Part shown: positions 1-8,795 of the stretch, piece by piece
How positions within the stretch are numbered: the stretch's first letter is position 1
Layout: each line of letters starts with the position of its first letter
Source: Candidatus Iainarchaeum sp.
Lineage (GTDB): Archaea; Iainarchaeota; Iainarchaeia; Iainarchaeales; JAZDDZ01
Length of the DNA: 34,863 nucleotides
Direction: 5' to 3'
Assembly: GCA_043809245.1 (NCBI GenBank)
Contig: JAZDDZ010000051.1
Coordinates: 1 to 34,863, forward strand
The notes under the pieces: model-generated
Told to the model about the DNA's origin: nothing
The model's input: only the letters and a program-made list of their open reading frames with translations
Database searches by the model: none
Made by a program: the position numbers and the translations under genes

Positions 1-80
1 GCAATACTCCAATGACTCAACTCACCCAAATCCCATTGTTTCACAATCCACCTAACCTTCCTCTGATTCAGCTTGCGCAT
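1..80 (-). CDS. IS481-family transposase, N-terminal fragment (runs off window)
   Basis: Manual translation from ATG at 80: MRKLNQRKVRWIVKQWDLGELSHWSI..., resembling N-termini of archaeal IS481/ISA0963-like transposases; not in ORF track. Confidence 0.7.
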   Translation of the reverse strand, partial: MRKLNQRKVRWIVKQWDLGELSHWSI

Positions 81-141
81 AGCAAGCTTTTTACCCAAGC
101 TTGCTAAATTCCTAGAGGGGACATTAATTCGGGATAAGACA
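1..141 (-). mobile_element. IS481-family insertion sequence, left end (partial)
   Basis: Minus strand from 141 reads TGTCTTATCCCGAATTAATGTCC; a 5'-TGT terminus is typical of IS481 ends and lies about 60 nt upstream of the transposase ATG. Confidence 0.6.
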
Positions 142-180
142 TCTGAAAAAAATCGTTTTTTTTTGAAAGTTTTGTTTTTT

Positions 181-888
181 TTACCTTGCATTGAAGTTTT
201 TTTCCGCATCTTCCAGCCTTTTTTTGTCGTCTGTTGGAAACCACTGCCCTTCATGGAAAAACGCAAAAAGCTTTCCTTCTCCAGCTAGTTGCGGGAAAGC
301 GTTTTTTTCAATCAAGGAAAACCCGTGCGGCAGCAATTTGAAAATTTCCTTGTTCAGAACGTATGCCCCGGCATTCGCATAGTTGCTTGGCGCCTCTTCT
401 CTCTTCGGCTTCTCAACAAAGCGCACTATTTTTTTTTCCTGCAGTTCCGCCACACCGTAACTTGAAGGGTCATCCACTTTGACCAATGCAATCGTTGCCG
501 CGGCATTGTTTGCCTCGTGCTCTTCAATCATTTTTTTGAAATCGTAGTCCGCTAAATTATCTCCGTTCAGCATTATGAATTTTTTTTCATTTGCGAAGAA
601 TTTTTCCGCGTGCTTTAACGCGCCCCCTGTTCCAAGCGCTTCCTTTTCCTCGCTGTAAAAAACCTTCACCCCGAACTTTTCCCCGTTTCCGAAGAACACC
701 TTTATTTTTTCCGCTTTATAGCCCACGCCCAAAACAATTTCCTTAACCCCCGCTTCACGCAGCAATTCAACCGAGTACTGCAGTATGGGCTTTCCTTTCA
801 CTTCAATCAATGGCTTGGGGATTTCGTTTGTGAGCGGGCGCAGCCTTTCGCCTTTTCCCCCTGCGAGAATGAACGCCTTCCTTATCAT
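181..888 (-). CDS. Sugar-1-phosphate nucleotidyltransferase (mannose-1-phosphate guanylyltransferase-like, no C-terminal LbH domain)
   Basis: AFILAGGKGERLRPLT..PKPL signature, NGD and FVEKP motifs; start set at MIRK (888), immediately after the upstream stop at 890. Confidence 0.9.
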   Translation of the reverse strand: MIRKAFILAGGKGERLRPLTNEIPKPLIEVKGKPILQYSVELLREAGVKEIVLGVGYKAEKIKVFFGNGEKFGVKVFYSEEKEALGTGGALKHAEKFFANEKKFIMLNGDNLADYDFKKMIEEHEANNAAATIALVKVDDPSSYGVAELQEKKIVRFVEKPKREEAPSNYANAGAYVLNKEIFKLLPHGFSLIEKNAFPQLAGEGKLFAFFHEGQWFPTDDKKRLEDAEKNFNAR

Positions 889-889
889 T

Positions 890-1858
890 TTAGACTCGCT
901 GCTCCCAGTAAGCGAAAAGGTCTTCCAGCGTTTTGTCAAACGGTATTTCGGGTTTCCATCCAGTTGCCTTGTTGAACTTGGAGTAATCGCCGAGCAGAAT
1001 CATTACGTCGCTTGGCCTGAGCCTTGCGGGGTCCTCTTTTACGGAAACCGCTTTTTTCGCATGCATTTTTATTTTTTCAAGGATGTCCTTCATCACGTGG
1101 GTTTTTCCCGAGCAAAGGTTGTAAACCTCTCCCACTTTCCCTTTTTCCGCTGCAAGCGCGTATCCCCTTACAATGTCCCTTACATCCGTGAAATCCCTTT
1201 TCGCCTCAAGGTTGCCGACCATAATGGTTGGCTGCTGTTTGCCCGCGTTTATTTCCGCCACTTGTTTGCACCAGTTGCTGCACACATAGGCGTCTCCGCG
1301 CCTTGGGCCAGTGTGGTTGAACGCGCGCGTCCTCACAATTTTCATCCCATAACTTTTGAAGTACTGGTAGCCGAGCAAATCCATTGTGCACTTGCTTACT
1401 CCGTAAGGGCTCAAGGGCCTTAACTCATTTTTTTCCGTTATCGGCGTTTCATTCTGCAAAACCAGCCCGTATTCCTCGCTGCTTCCCGCAATCTGAATCC
1501 GCGCCTCGGTTTTGCTTTTCCTCAGCGCCTCAAACAAGTTCATTGAGCCAATCACGTTTGTGTTCATTGTTTCAATCGGCGAACGCCATGAAGCCGGAAC
1601 AAATGCCTGCGCCGCGAGATGGAAAACGAAGTCAGGTTCAACTTCTTCAATGGTTTTGTTCACGGAATAAGCATCTGTTATGTCGCATTCAATTATTTTT
1701 ATTTGCTGCTTTAAGTGCTTTAAATTTTCAAGGTTTGCAGTCCTTCCCCTAATTGTGCCGTAGATTTCCATTCCCTCTTCTTTTTGCGCTAAAAGGTCAG
1801 CCAAATGCGAGCCCACAAAGCCGTTGATTCCGGTTATTAGTATTCTTTTATTATTCAT
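890..1858 (-). CDS. GDP-mannose 4,6-dehydratase / Rmd-like extended SDR
   Basis: GINGFVG Rossmann motif, HLAAQAFV, GSSEEYG, YGVSK catalytic motif, FNHTGPRRG, GNLEAKRDF, LRPSD. Confidence 0.88.
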   Translation of the reverse strand: MNNKRILITGINGFVGSHLADLLAQKEEGMEIYGTIRGRTANLENLKHLKQQIKIIECDITDAYSVNKTIEEVEPDFVFHLAAQAFVPASWRSPIETMNTNVIGSMNLFEALRKSKTEARIQIAGSSEEYGLVLQNETPITEKNELRPLSPYGVSKCTMDLLGYQYFKSYGMKIVRTRAFNHTGPRRGDAYVCSNWCKQVAEINAGKQQPTIMVGNLEAKRDFTDVRDIVRGYALAAEKGKVGEVYNLCSGKTHVMKDILEKIKMHAKKAVSVKEDPARLRPSDVMILLGDYSKFNKATGWKPEIPFDKTLEDLFAYWEQRV

Positions 1859-1951
1859 ATATAGTGCCTGCCTGGTTTTGCCCTATTGCCTGACTTATTC
1901 TTCCCTGCAAACTTTTATAATTGTTGATTCTGGATTTGGCTGTATTTTCCT

Positions 1952-2296
1952 TCAGTTTTTCCTGTAGCCGAATTTTCTGTCGTATTGCTTGTGCTTGCCC
2001 CATTCAAGGATGATGCTTATAACCACCAATTCTTCCCTTGCCACAGAGTACAAGAGCCGCCACGCGTTCGGCAAGTTATAATTCCAAAGGTTGTCAATTC
2101 CGTATTTTTGCAGGTATTCTTTTGGGATTAGGCGTTTTGGGATCTGGATTCCGCAGAAAGCATTTTCTTCAATGTTCGCCAGTGCCTGTGAGAGAAATTT
2201 GTATAATTGTATGTCTTCAGTTGTGGAGTGCGCAAGTTCTTCAAAGGCCTTCTTCACTTTCTCATCGGCAAATTTTATATTGCAGGGCAGAATCAT
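1952..2296 (-). CDS. Putative divergent RelE-fold toxin
   Basis: 114 aa from MILP, ATGA-overlap with the upstream gene; RelE-like layout (N-terminal helices, WRLLYSV strand, terminal H..Y). Confidence 0.55.
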   Translation of the reverse strand: MILPCNIKFADEKVKKAFEELAHSTTEDIQLYKFLSQALANIEENAFCGIQIPKRLIPKEYLQKYGIDNLWNYNLPNAWRLLYSVAREELVVISIILEWGKHKQYDRKFGYRKN

Positions 2297-2577
2297 TTGG
2301 GGCGCCTCCAGGACAAATCCTCTCGGGCAAGATATTTTTTTACAATGGCCGGGTTCCAAACCCATGCGATATGCCCTTCCCTGTCGACGCCTATTTTTCC
2401 AGAATCCGCGAGATAGTCAAAGATTACGCAATAAGTCTGGTACATGGTTTTTTTCGGCAGCTTCTCCCAAAGGCTGCGCTTCTTGAACTCGCCGCTATTC
2501 TCTTTTACAAAATTTTCCACCATCAGCACAGTGTCAAGCCTAGGGTAATGCAAAATTTGCACCTGCATTTGAGCCAT
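2293..2577 (-). CDS. Small winged-helix-like protein, putative antitoxin/regulator
   Basis: 94 aa from MAQ with GGTG RBS; HYPRLDTVLMVE...YLADSGKI wHTH-like pattern; translationally coupled to the RelE-like gene. Confidence 0.55.
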   Translation of the reverse strand: MAQMQVQILHYPRLDTVLMVENFVKENSGEFKKRSLWEKLPKKTMYQTYCVIFDYLADSGKIGVDREGHIAWVWNPAIVKKYLAREDLSWRRPK

Positions 2578-2593
2578 AAAAAACACCATTTTC

Positions 2594-2627
2594 TTGTTAT
2601 ATATAGTTATATAACAACATTTTAAAA
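2594..2627 (-). promoter_or_regulatory. Operator inverted repeat plus TATA-like box of TA module 1
   Basis: TTGTTATATA-N4-TATATAACAA perfect 10-bp inverted repeat (2594-2617) adjacent to TTTTAAAA (2620-2627). Confidence 0.6.
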
Positions 2628-2720
2628 GCTTTTGCAATAGGCTGTAATGTGTTTGAGCCGCTAATCTGCTCTGCCGCAGTGTATGGCGCTTGGGTTTTAT
2701 TGTTTGCCAATATTTGATAT

Positions 2721-2999
2721 TTAACGCTTGTAAATGCCGTCATGGTGCTCATAATTCTCTATTACAACGGTTTTTTCTTTCTCATTTATTGAATAAACCA
2801 AAACGAACGGGCCAAATGCATGGACTCTCCTTTTGCCCTGCATAGGATATCGCAGTGGCTTGAACCTGTAAGGGTCCTCAAGAATCTGTAAAATTTTTGC
2901 CTTTACTGATTTTTCCTGTGCGGGATCCCTTTTTGCTATTTTTTCAAAAATCTTGTCCACGCTTTTCTTTGTCTCAAGGCTGTAAGGCAATACAATCAT
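2721..2999 (-). CDS. Type II toxin, RelE/StbE family mRNA interferase
   Basis: 92 aa basic protein; DPYRFKPLRYPMQGKRRVH..FVLVYSI...YEHHD.IY typical of archaeal RelE. Confidence 0.82.
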   Translation of the reverse strand: MIVLPYSLETKKSVDKIFEKIAKRDPAQEKSVKAKILQILEDPYRFKPLRYPMQGKRRVHAFGPFVLVYSINEKEKTVVIENYEHHDGIYKR

Positions 3000-3238
3000 C
3001 TCTTGCGGAGCATGTCAAAGTATTCGTCCAGATTTTTTACTTTGGCCGTTTTTTCCTTCCCGATTTTCCTCATCTTTTCAATAAACTCCGGCTTAAGTTC
3101 AGGCTCAAGCAATTCCTCTTCATATTCCTGCGCCATCATGTTTATGGCCTCGCTTTTGTCCTTCAGGCCGTACTTTGCCTTAACGATGTTTATCACCTTG
3201 TTGGCTTCCTCGTCAAGCTTCACGATTGCAACTGGCAT
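2996..3238 (-). CDS. Antitoxin (DUF2683 / archaeal RelB-like)
   Basis: 80 aa; N-terminal ribbon-helix-helix-like INIVKAKYGLKDKSEAIN, acidic LEPELKPEF; ATGA overlap with the toxin; GGTG RBS. Confidence 0.78.
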   Translation of the reverse strand: MPVAIVKLDEEANKVINIVKAKYGLKDKSEAINMMAQEYEEELLEPELKPEFIEKMRKIGKEKTAKVKNLDEYFDMLRKR

Positions 3239-3245
3239 ATTATCA

Positions 3246-3272
3246 CCATATTAATATGGCATTAATAATGGC
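3246..3272. promoter_or_regulatory. Palindromic operator of TA module 2
   Basis: Perfect 14-bp palindrome CCATATTAATATGG (3246-3259) followed by a related site CATTAATAATGGC, directly upstream of the antitoxin start. Confidence 0.6.
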
Positions 3273-3404
3273 TTAAAAATCTTTTGGCATTGCAAAAACT
3301 TAAAGCTTCCTTCAAATAATTCGTTCTTTGCCCGAATGGCTTCACGTTATTTAAACCTTTTAGCCCCCCAATTCTCTTAGCAATTTCTTTCATTCAGTGG
3401 TTTT

Positions 3405-4703
3405 ATGGATATCGTGGTTATTGGTTCAGGCTATGTCGGCTTGGTTGCAGGCACTTGTTTCGCGGAACTGGGCAACAGCGTCATTTGCGTTGATAATAAC
3501 GCGGAAAAAATCGCCAAGCTGAGGAAAGGCATCTGCCCAATCTATGAGCCGGGCTTGCAGGAAATGATTGAAAGGAATGTGAAAGCGGGAAGGCTGTCTT
3601 TTTCGGATAGCGTGAAAGAGGCGGTCAAGGCTTCTTCCATTGTGTTCATTGCAGTTGGCACTCCTCCAAAGGAAAATGGGGAAGCGGACCTTTCATTCGT
3701 TGAAAATGTTGCAAGGGAAATCGCTTCCGCGATAAAGAAGTACACTGTTGTCGTGGAGAAAAGCACTGTTCCAGTGCAGACAGGGGAAAAAATTGTTGAA
3801 ACAATCAAGGAGTGTGGCGTGAAAAAAGAGCTGTTTGACGTTGCCTCTAATCCGGAATTTTTGCGCGAGGGAACAGCTGTAAAGGATTTTTTGGAGCCTG
3901 ACCGCATAGTTGTTGGCACGGAAAGCGAGAAAGCGCGAAATGTATTCAGGGAGCTTTACAAGCCGTTGAATTCGCAGATTATTTTCACTGACATCAACAG
4001 CGCGGAAATAATCAAGCATGCCTCCAATTCCTTTTTGGCGATGAAGATTTCATTCATTAATGCGGTTGCAAGGGTCTGCGAGGCAGCTGGAGCTGATGTG
4101 GAGCTTGTAGCGCAGGGAATGGGTTTGGACAAAAGGATTGGGAAAAGGTTTTTGAACGCGGGCCTGGGTTATGGCGGCTCTTGTTTTCCGAAAGATGTTT
4201 CCGCTTTCATTAAAATCTCCGAGCAGCTTGGCGTTGACTTTGCTTTGCTCAAGGAAGTTGAAAAAATTAACATGGGCCAAAGGCAGTTTTTCACTGAAAA
4301 AATCCTTGAAGCATTGGGCCAGCCAAAGGGAAAAACTGTTGCTGTTTTAGGGCTTTCATTCAAGCCCAACACCGATGATTTAAGGGATGCGCCCTCAATT
4401 GACATTATTAATGCCTTGCTTTCCGAGGGCGTGAAGGTTAAGGCCTTTGACCCGGAGGCAATGCCTGGCGCGAAAAAAATCCTTAAAGGCGCGGAGTTCT
4501 GCAAAAACGCGTTTGACGCCGCAAAGGGCGCTGACGCAGCGGTTTTCCTCACTGAGTGGAACGAGTTCAGGGAGATTGACCTGAAAAGGCTTAAGTCATT
4601 GCTTGCAATGCCTTTAATAATTGACGCGCGGAACATCTTCGAGCCAAAGGAATTAAAGGATTTGGGTTTTACTTACATTTGTATCGGAAGGCCTGCGGGC
4701 TGA
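3405..4703 (+). CDS. ugd: UDP-glucose 6-dehydrogenase
   Basis: GSGYVGL, IAVGTP, EKSTVP, SNPEFLREG, GYGGSCFPKD catalytic Cys motif, FKPNTDDLRDAP. Confidence 0.95.
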   Translation: MDIVVIGSGYVGLVAGTCFAELGNSVICVDNNAEKIAKLRKGICPIYEPGLQEMIERNVKAGRLSFSDSVKEAVKASSIVFIAVGTPPKENGEADLSFVENVAREIASAIKKYTVVVEKSTVPVQTGEKIVETIKECGVKKELFDVASNPEFLREGTAVKDFLEPDRIVVGTESEKARNVFRELYKPLNSQIIFTDINSAEIIKHASNSFLAMKISFINAVARVCEAAGADVELVAQGMGLDKRIGKRFLNAGLGYGGSCFPKDVSAFIKISEQLGVDFALLKEVEKINMGQRQFFTEKILEALGQPKGKTVAVLGLSFKPNTDDLRDAPSIDIINALLSEGVKVKAFDPEAMPGAKKILKGAEFCKNAFDAAKGADAAVFLTEWNEFREIDLKRLKSLLAMPLIIDARNIFEPKELKDLGFTYICIGRPAG

Positions 4704-4706
4704 CTG

Positions 4707-4718
4707 TTTTTTTTTTTT
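4707..4718 (+). terminator. Oligo-T tract (possible archaeal terminator/attenuator)
   Basis: T12 run directly after the ugd stop. Confidence 0.3.
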
Positions 4719-4729
4719 GGTGTTAAAAA

Positions 4730-5473
4730 ATGAAGGCAATTGTTCTGGCGGCTGGGTACGCGACAAGGCTTTACCCAATGACCAAGGAGCAGTCAAAAGC
4801 ATTGCTTGACGTTAAAGGAAAGCCAATCATCTCATACATTGTTGAAAAAATATGCGAATTAAAGGAAGTAAACGAGGTCATCGTGGTTTCAAACGACAAA
4901 TTTTTCTACGACTTTGAGGACTGGGCTAAAAAAAACAAGTGCACTGTCCCGTTAAAGTTATTGAACGACCATTCAACTTCCGAGGAAAACCGCCTTGGCG
5001 CAATAGGCGACATCGCTTACGTTATAGAAGAGCTGAAAATTGACGAGGATGTCCTTGTTGTTGCGGGTGACAACCTTTTTGACTTCAACCTTGAAAAAAT
5101 GACAAAGACGTCTGAGGAAAAAAATGCCTCTGCAATTGCGCTTTACCGTTTTCCTTCAAAGGAAGAGATTGCAGGAAAATTCGGGGTGGTAGAGCTTGAC
5201 CCAACTAAAAAAATCATCGGCTTTGAGGAAAAGCCGGAAAAGCCGCGCACTAATTATGCTGCGACCGCGTGCTATCTTTTCAGGCGCTCTGACCTCTTAG
5301 ACCTGCAGGAATACCTCAAAGCTTTTTCAGGCAAAGACGATTCAGGCAAATTCATTGCATACCTTTCCTCTAAAAAAGACGTTTTCGGGGTCCTTTTCTC
5401 CGGCCAATGGTTTGACATTGGAAGCTTTGAGGCGCTGGGAAAGGCAAGAAGTGAATTCAATGGCGGAAAATAG
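4730..5473 (+). CDS. Sugar-phosphate nucleotidyltransferase
   Basis: [28 protein letters not shown] motifs. Confidence 0.9.
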   Translation: MKAIVLAAGYATRLYPMTKEQSKALLDVKGKPIISYIVEKICELKEVNEVIVVSNDKFFYDFEDWAKKNKCTVPLKLLNDHSTSEENRLGAIGDIAYVIEELKIDEDVLVVAGDNLFDFNLEKMTKTSEEKNASAIALYRFPSKEEIAGKFGVVELDPTKKIIGFEEKPEKPRTNYAATACYLFRRSDLLDLQEYLKAFSGKDDSGKFIAYLSSKKDVFGVLFSGQWFDIGSFEALGKARSEFNGGK

Positions 5474-7421
5474 CGCGAAAACCGCGGTTGTTACTGGCGG
5501 TGCTGGCTTCATCGGCGCGAATTTATGCGAATTCCTGCTCCAAAAAAAAATTAATGTTATCTGCGTTGACAATTTCTTGACGGGTTCAAAGGAAAACGTT
5601 GCGCACCTTCTCTCCGACAAAAATTTTTCCTTGGTAAGCGCTGACATTTCCAAAGAAATTCCCGTAAAAGAAAAAGTGGATTTTGTCTTCAACCTCGCCT
5701 CTCCAGCTTCTCCGATTCACTATCAGGAGCACCCGATTGAAACTCTTTTGGTTGGCTCGCTCGGCACGAAAAACGCATTGGAGCTTGCGCTCAAAAACAA
5801 CGCCTCTTTTTTGCAGGCCTCCACAAGCGAGGTTTATGGGGAGCCACTTGAACACCCGCAAAAGGAAACTTATTGGGGCAACGTTAACCCTGTTGGAGTT
5901 CGCTCTTGTTTTTCAGAGGATACTGAAGTTTTAACGCTTGATGGTTGGAAACTTTTTTGTGAACTTAATAAGAACGATTTTATTTTGACTCTAACTTCCG
6001 GCGGCTTGATTGAGTATAGCCATCCACTGGAAATAATTAAGCAGCAATATGTTGGCCAAATGTTTGAATTTAAAAATTCAAAAATTGATTTGCTTGTTAC
6101 CCCAAATCATAAAATGTATGTTAAGCCAAGGGATAGGCGGTTTACCCTCATCGAAGCTTTTGAATCTATCCAATGGCATAGGGCGGAAATGCAGAAAGGC
6201 GCGAGGTGGGATGGCCAGGAAAATTCCTATTTTTACCTGAAGAGAGTCAAGAATGCAAAATCGGAGCAGCAGACCAAAATAGAGATGGATACCTGGCTGG
6301 AGTTTTTGGGGTACTTTTTAACTGAAGGCTCAACACATGAAAGAAAGCGGCAACAGAGTATTGGCGGTAAGATATATCACACAAAAGCGTATAATGTTTT
6401 GATTTCTCAGTCAAAGAAGAAAAAAGAATATAGGGAAAAAATTAAGGCTTGTCTTGGCAGGTTAGGGTTTAAGTTTTATGAAGAAAATGCGCAGTTCAGA
6501 ATTGTAAGCAAGCAATTGTTTTCTTATTTGCGGCAGTTTGGCAAATCAAAGGAGCGCTTTATTCCAACCGAAATGAAGCAGCTTTCAAAGCGGCAATTGA
6601 CCATCTTGTTTGATGCATTGATGCTTGGGGACGGCAGCGTTAATAAAGGGGCATTTTATTCAAGTTCTGATAGGCTTGTTGGAGATTTCCAAGAAATACT
6701 ATTGAAGCTTGGTTTTGCTGGTACAATAGTTTTTAAGGACAAAAGGAAAAACCGGCCTGTTTACCAACTTCATGTTTTAAGTAACAAAAGAAAAGATTTT
6801 TTGACACCGCTCTATCCGAAAAGAAAGGTAATAGATTACAATGGTTTTGTATGGTGTGTTAATGTTCCAAATCATGTGATTTATGTCAGGCGAAATGGAA
6901 AAGCCGTGTTTTCCGGTAATTGTTATGACGAAGCCAAGCGTTTTTCCGAGGCGCTTGTAATGGCTTATCGCAGGGCGCATAAAGCTAACACGCATATCGT
7001 GCGCATTTTCAACACTTATGGCCCAAGGATGGCTGTCAATGATGGCAGAGTAGTGCCTAACTTCATTGTCCAGGCATTGAAAGGCGAACCTTTGACTATT
7101 TACGGCGACGGAAAGCAGACGCGTTCCTTTTGCTTTGTTTCCGATTTGGTTGAGGGCCTGTTCCTTGCAATCAATTCCGATTACCATGAGCCAATAAACA
7201 TAGGAAACCCGAATGAATTCTCGATGCTTGAATTCGCTGAAAAAGTAGTTGCCTTAACAGGCGCAAAATCAAAAATCTCCTTCAAGCCATTGCCAAAAGA
7301 CGATCCCTCAAAAAGGCGCCCTGACATTTCGCTTGCAAAAAAACTCCTGAAGTGGGGGCCGAGGGTTTCACTTGAAGACGGATTGGAGAAAACTGTTGCG
7401 TATTTCAGGGAAGTTTTGTGA
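5460..7421 (+). CDS. UDP-glucuronic acid decarboxylase (UDP-xylose synthase-like), intein-containing; 653 aa precursor, ~315 aa spliced
   Basis: [40 protein letters not shown] split by an insertion, [28 protein letters not shown]. Confidence 0.92.
   Translation: MAENSAKTAVVTGGAGFIGANLCEFLLQKKINVICVDNFLTGSKENVAHLLSDKNFSLVSADISKEIPVKEKVDFVFNLASPASPIHYQEHPIETLLVGSLGTKNALELALKNNASFLQASTSEVYGEPLEHPQKETYWGNVNPVGVRSCFSEDTEVLTLDGWKLFCELNKNDFILTLTSGGLIEYSHPLEIIKQQYVGQMFEFKNSKIDLLVTPNHKMYVKPRDRRFTLIEAFESIQWHRAEMQKGARWDGQENSYFYLKRVKNAKSEQQTKIEMDTWLEFLGYFLTEGSTHERKRQQSIGGKIYHTKAYNVLISQSKKKKEYREKIKACLGRLGFKFYEENAQFRIVSKQLFSYLRQFGKSKERFIPTEMKQLSKRQLTILFDALMLGDGSVNKGAFYSSSDRLVGDFQEILLKLGFAGTIVFKDKRKNRPVYQLHVLSNKRKDFLTPLYPKRKVIDYNGFVWCVNVPNHVIYVRRNGKAVFSGNCYDEAKRFSEALVMAYRRAHKANTHIVRIFNTYGPRMAVNDGRVVPNFIVQALKGEPLTIYGDGKQTRSFCFVSDLVEGLFLAINSDYHEPINIGNPNEFSMLEFAEKVVALTGAKSKISFKPLPKDDPSKRRPDISLAKKLLKWGPRVSLEDGLEKTVAYFREVL
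5907..6920 (+). mobile_element. Intein with LAGLIDADG (DOD) homing endonuclease, 338 aa
   Basis: Block [11 protein letters not shown], block B VTPNH, endonuclease blocks [10 protein letters not shown] and [11 protein letters not shown], block [11 protein letters not shown], ends SGN followed by Cys+1; visibly more AT-rich than the exteins. Confidence 0.93.
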
Positions 7422-7447
7422 TTGAAATTTTGCGGGGCGTGCTTTGA

Positions 7448-7945
7448 ATGGACTTTGAAATTGACGTCAGCGGCTCCGATATTTTTGAAAAAGACTACAC
7501 TATTTTGGTTGCTGAAAGGGGCAACAGCAAAATCCTGCTTGCATACAAATTCAGTGACAAAAATGCATTAACAATCCGTTCACGCCATGGCGAGGGAAAA
7601 TACCGTTACCCTTATTCAAAGGCAGGGAAATCAAACATTAAAGTCAGGCTATATTGTGTTGCAATATATTTTTTATTCAAAGAACTGAAAAAACGCTTTA
7701 AACTAAAAGATGTTACTCTTGCGGTATGCAGGGATTTTTCAGGCAATGAATCAAAAATAAAGCAAAACCTCGAATTCCTTTTAGGCACAAAGCTTGGCCT
7801 CAATGTTTCAATTGCTTTTCAAAAACTGCCGAAAAATTCCATTGCAGACAAATATGCCTTTCTTATCCGGCATGACACTTTAAACAAATTCAGCAGTTGC
7901 TGCATTAAAATAAAAGTGGAAGAATTTGAGGAATTCCTAAAATGA
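7448..7945 (+). CDS. Hypothetical protein, distant DUF3800/RNase H-like fold
   Basis: N-terminal FEIDVSG (cf. IDESG), central VCRD, C-terminal IADKYA (cf. QxAD): acidic triad pattern of an RNase H fold. Confidence 0.5.
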   Translation: MDFEIDVSGSDIFEKDYTILVAERGNSKILLAYKFSDKNALTIRSRHGEGKYRYPYSKAGKSNIKVRLYCVAIYFLFKELKKRFKLKDVTLAVCRDFSGNESKIKQNLEFLLGTKLGLNVSIAFQKLPKNSIADKYAFLIRHDTLNKFSSCCIKIKVEEFEEFLK

Positions 7946-7953
7946 GGAAAAGC

Positions 7954-8032
7954 GTGTACTGAGTACCTTTCGGTTGAACCCTAGTTTGCCCCCGGGACTG
8001 AGTACCCGCAGAACGCCCTAGCAACAGTACAC
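7954..8032 (-). ncRNA. Candidate structured small RNA with two internal repeats
   Basis: 8-bp closing stem GTGTACTG (7954-7961)/CAGTACAC (8025-8032); ACTGAGTACC repeated at 7958 and 7997; ACC-GAAA-GGT hairpin on the minus strand; minus-strand TTTAAATA box at 8056-8063. Confidence 0.45.
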
Positions 8033-8117
8033 AAGTATAGTTATATTCCGCGAAATATTTAAATTTAACCCTATCGTCGGCTTTGCATTTAAAGTCGTAG
8101 TTTTACCCAAAGTCGGG

Positions 8118-8795
8118 TTAACCTTCCAAATCAGCCCTTTTTCCACGATTACATTCAAAACAAAGGGTTTGAAGATTATCCATGCTATTAGTCCCGCCTT
8201 TAGAAACTGGCAATTTATGATCTACTTCTAATTTTATTCCGATACCTGAACGCCTACACATGACACAAGTAAATTGATCACGCTTAAAAACAAGAAATCT
8301 TTTACGAACGGAAATCTCTTGCCTACTATTTGTTTGAATGTCTAAATTCGGCGTAACTTTAGGAATTTCTTCTACAGGCGGTTTATCGTTTAAATTAATT
8401 GAATTATATGCTTTAATCAGAACTTTTTTCCAGCTACCAAAGCGTCTTCTATAAGTATCTTGGGAATATGGGGTGCCGTATTTTTTCAAATCAGAAGCCA
8501 TAGGTCGCCGACCTTCATTTTCCAATGTTTTTGTCCAAAGACTGACAACGGTAGAAATCATTTCTGAATTTTCAGTGTGGATAGGCATCCTGCTCGGTTT
8601 CAAACCTGCCGCTAAAATAGCTTTGGAAAACGAACCAAATTTCTTGAAGTAAGTTGTCCACCCAGCTTTACTGTAGCGGTCAATATCAAATTTAGTTACA
8701 GAGCGGTCGCCGACAATTTTCTGAATTCGTTTTAACTCAGAAATTAGAGTTTTTTGGGAATAGTCTTCAAGAAAATCAATTTCAAATTTTGGCAT
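8118..8795 (-). CDS. HNH endonuclease with two N-terminal homing-endonuclease-associated repeats
   Basis: Repeats ending TYFKKFGSFSKA and TYRRRFGSWKKV; VFKRDQFTCVMC..LEVDH..PVSKGG.N...NLQTLCFECN; AGGAG RBS before ATG at 8795. Confidence 0.88.
   Translation of the reverse strand: MPKFEIDFLEDYSQKTLISELKRIQKIVGDRSVTKFDIDRYSKAGWTTYFKKFGSFSKAILAAGLKPSRMPIHTENSEMISTVVSLWTKTLENEGRRPMASDLKKYGTPYSQDTYRRRFGSWKKVLIKAYNSINLNDKPPVEEIPKVTPNLDIQTNSRQEISVRKRFLVFKRDQFTCVMCRRSGIGIKLEVDHKLPVSKGGTNSMDNLQTLCFECNRGKRADLEG

Noticed and set aside
785-1423. 212-aa plus-strand ORF and many similar opposite-strand ORFs (e.g. 2038-2625, 21969-22559, 27392-27940)
   Set aside because: Antisense shadows of well-supported genes with no recognisable motifs
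5355-5459. 35-aa N-terminal extension of the decarboxylase in the ORF track
   Set aside because: It overlaps the nucleotidyltransferase; the Rossmann motif starts just after ATG 5460
5907-6920. Class 3 intein assignment because of the block F Cys
   Set aside because: Cys1 is present and the Trp (block B) and Thr (block G) of the WCT triplet are not evident
7954-8032. Possible tRNA, hammerhead ribozyme or mini-CRISPR reading of the repeated element
   Set aside because: A GGTTCAA T-loop-like string is present on the minus strand but no cloverleaf; no CUGANGA hammerhead core; only two 10-nt exact repeats and no cas genes
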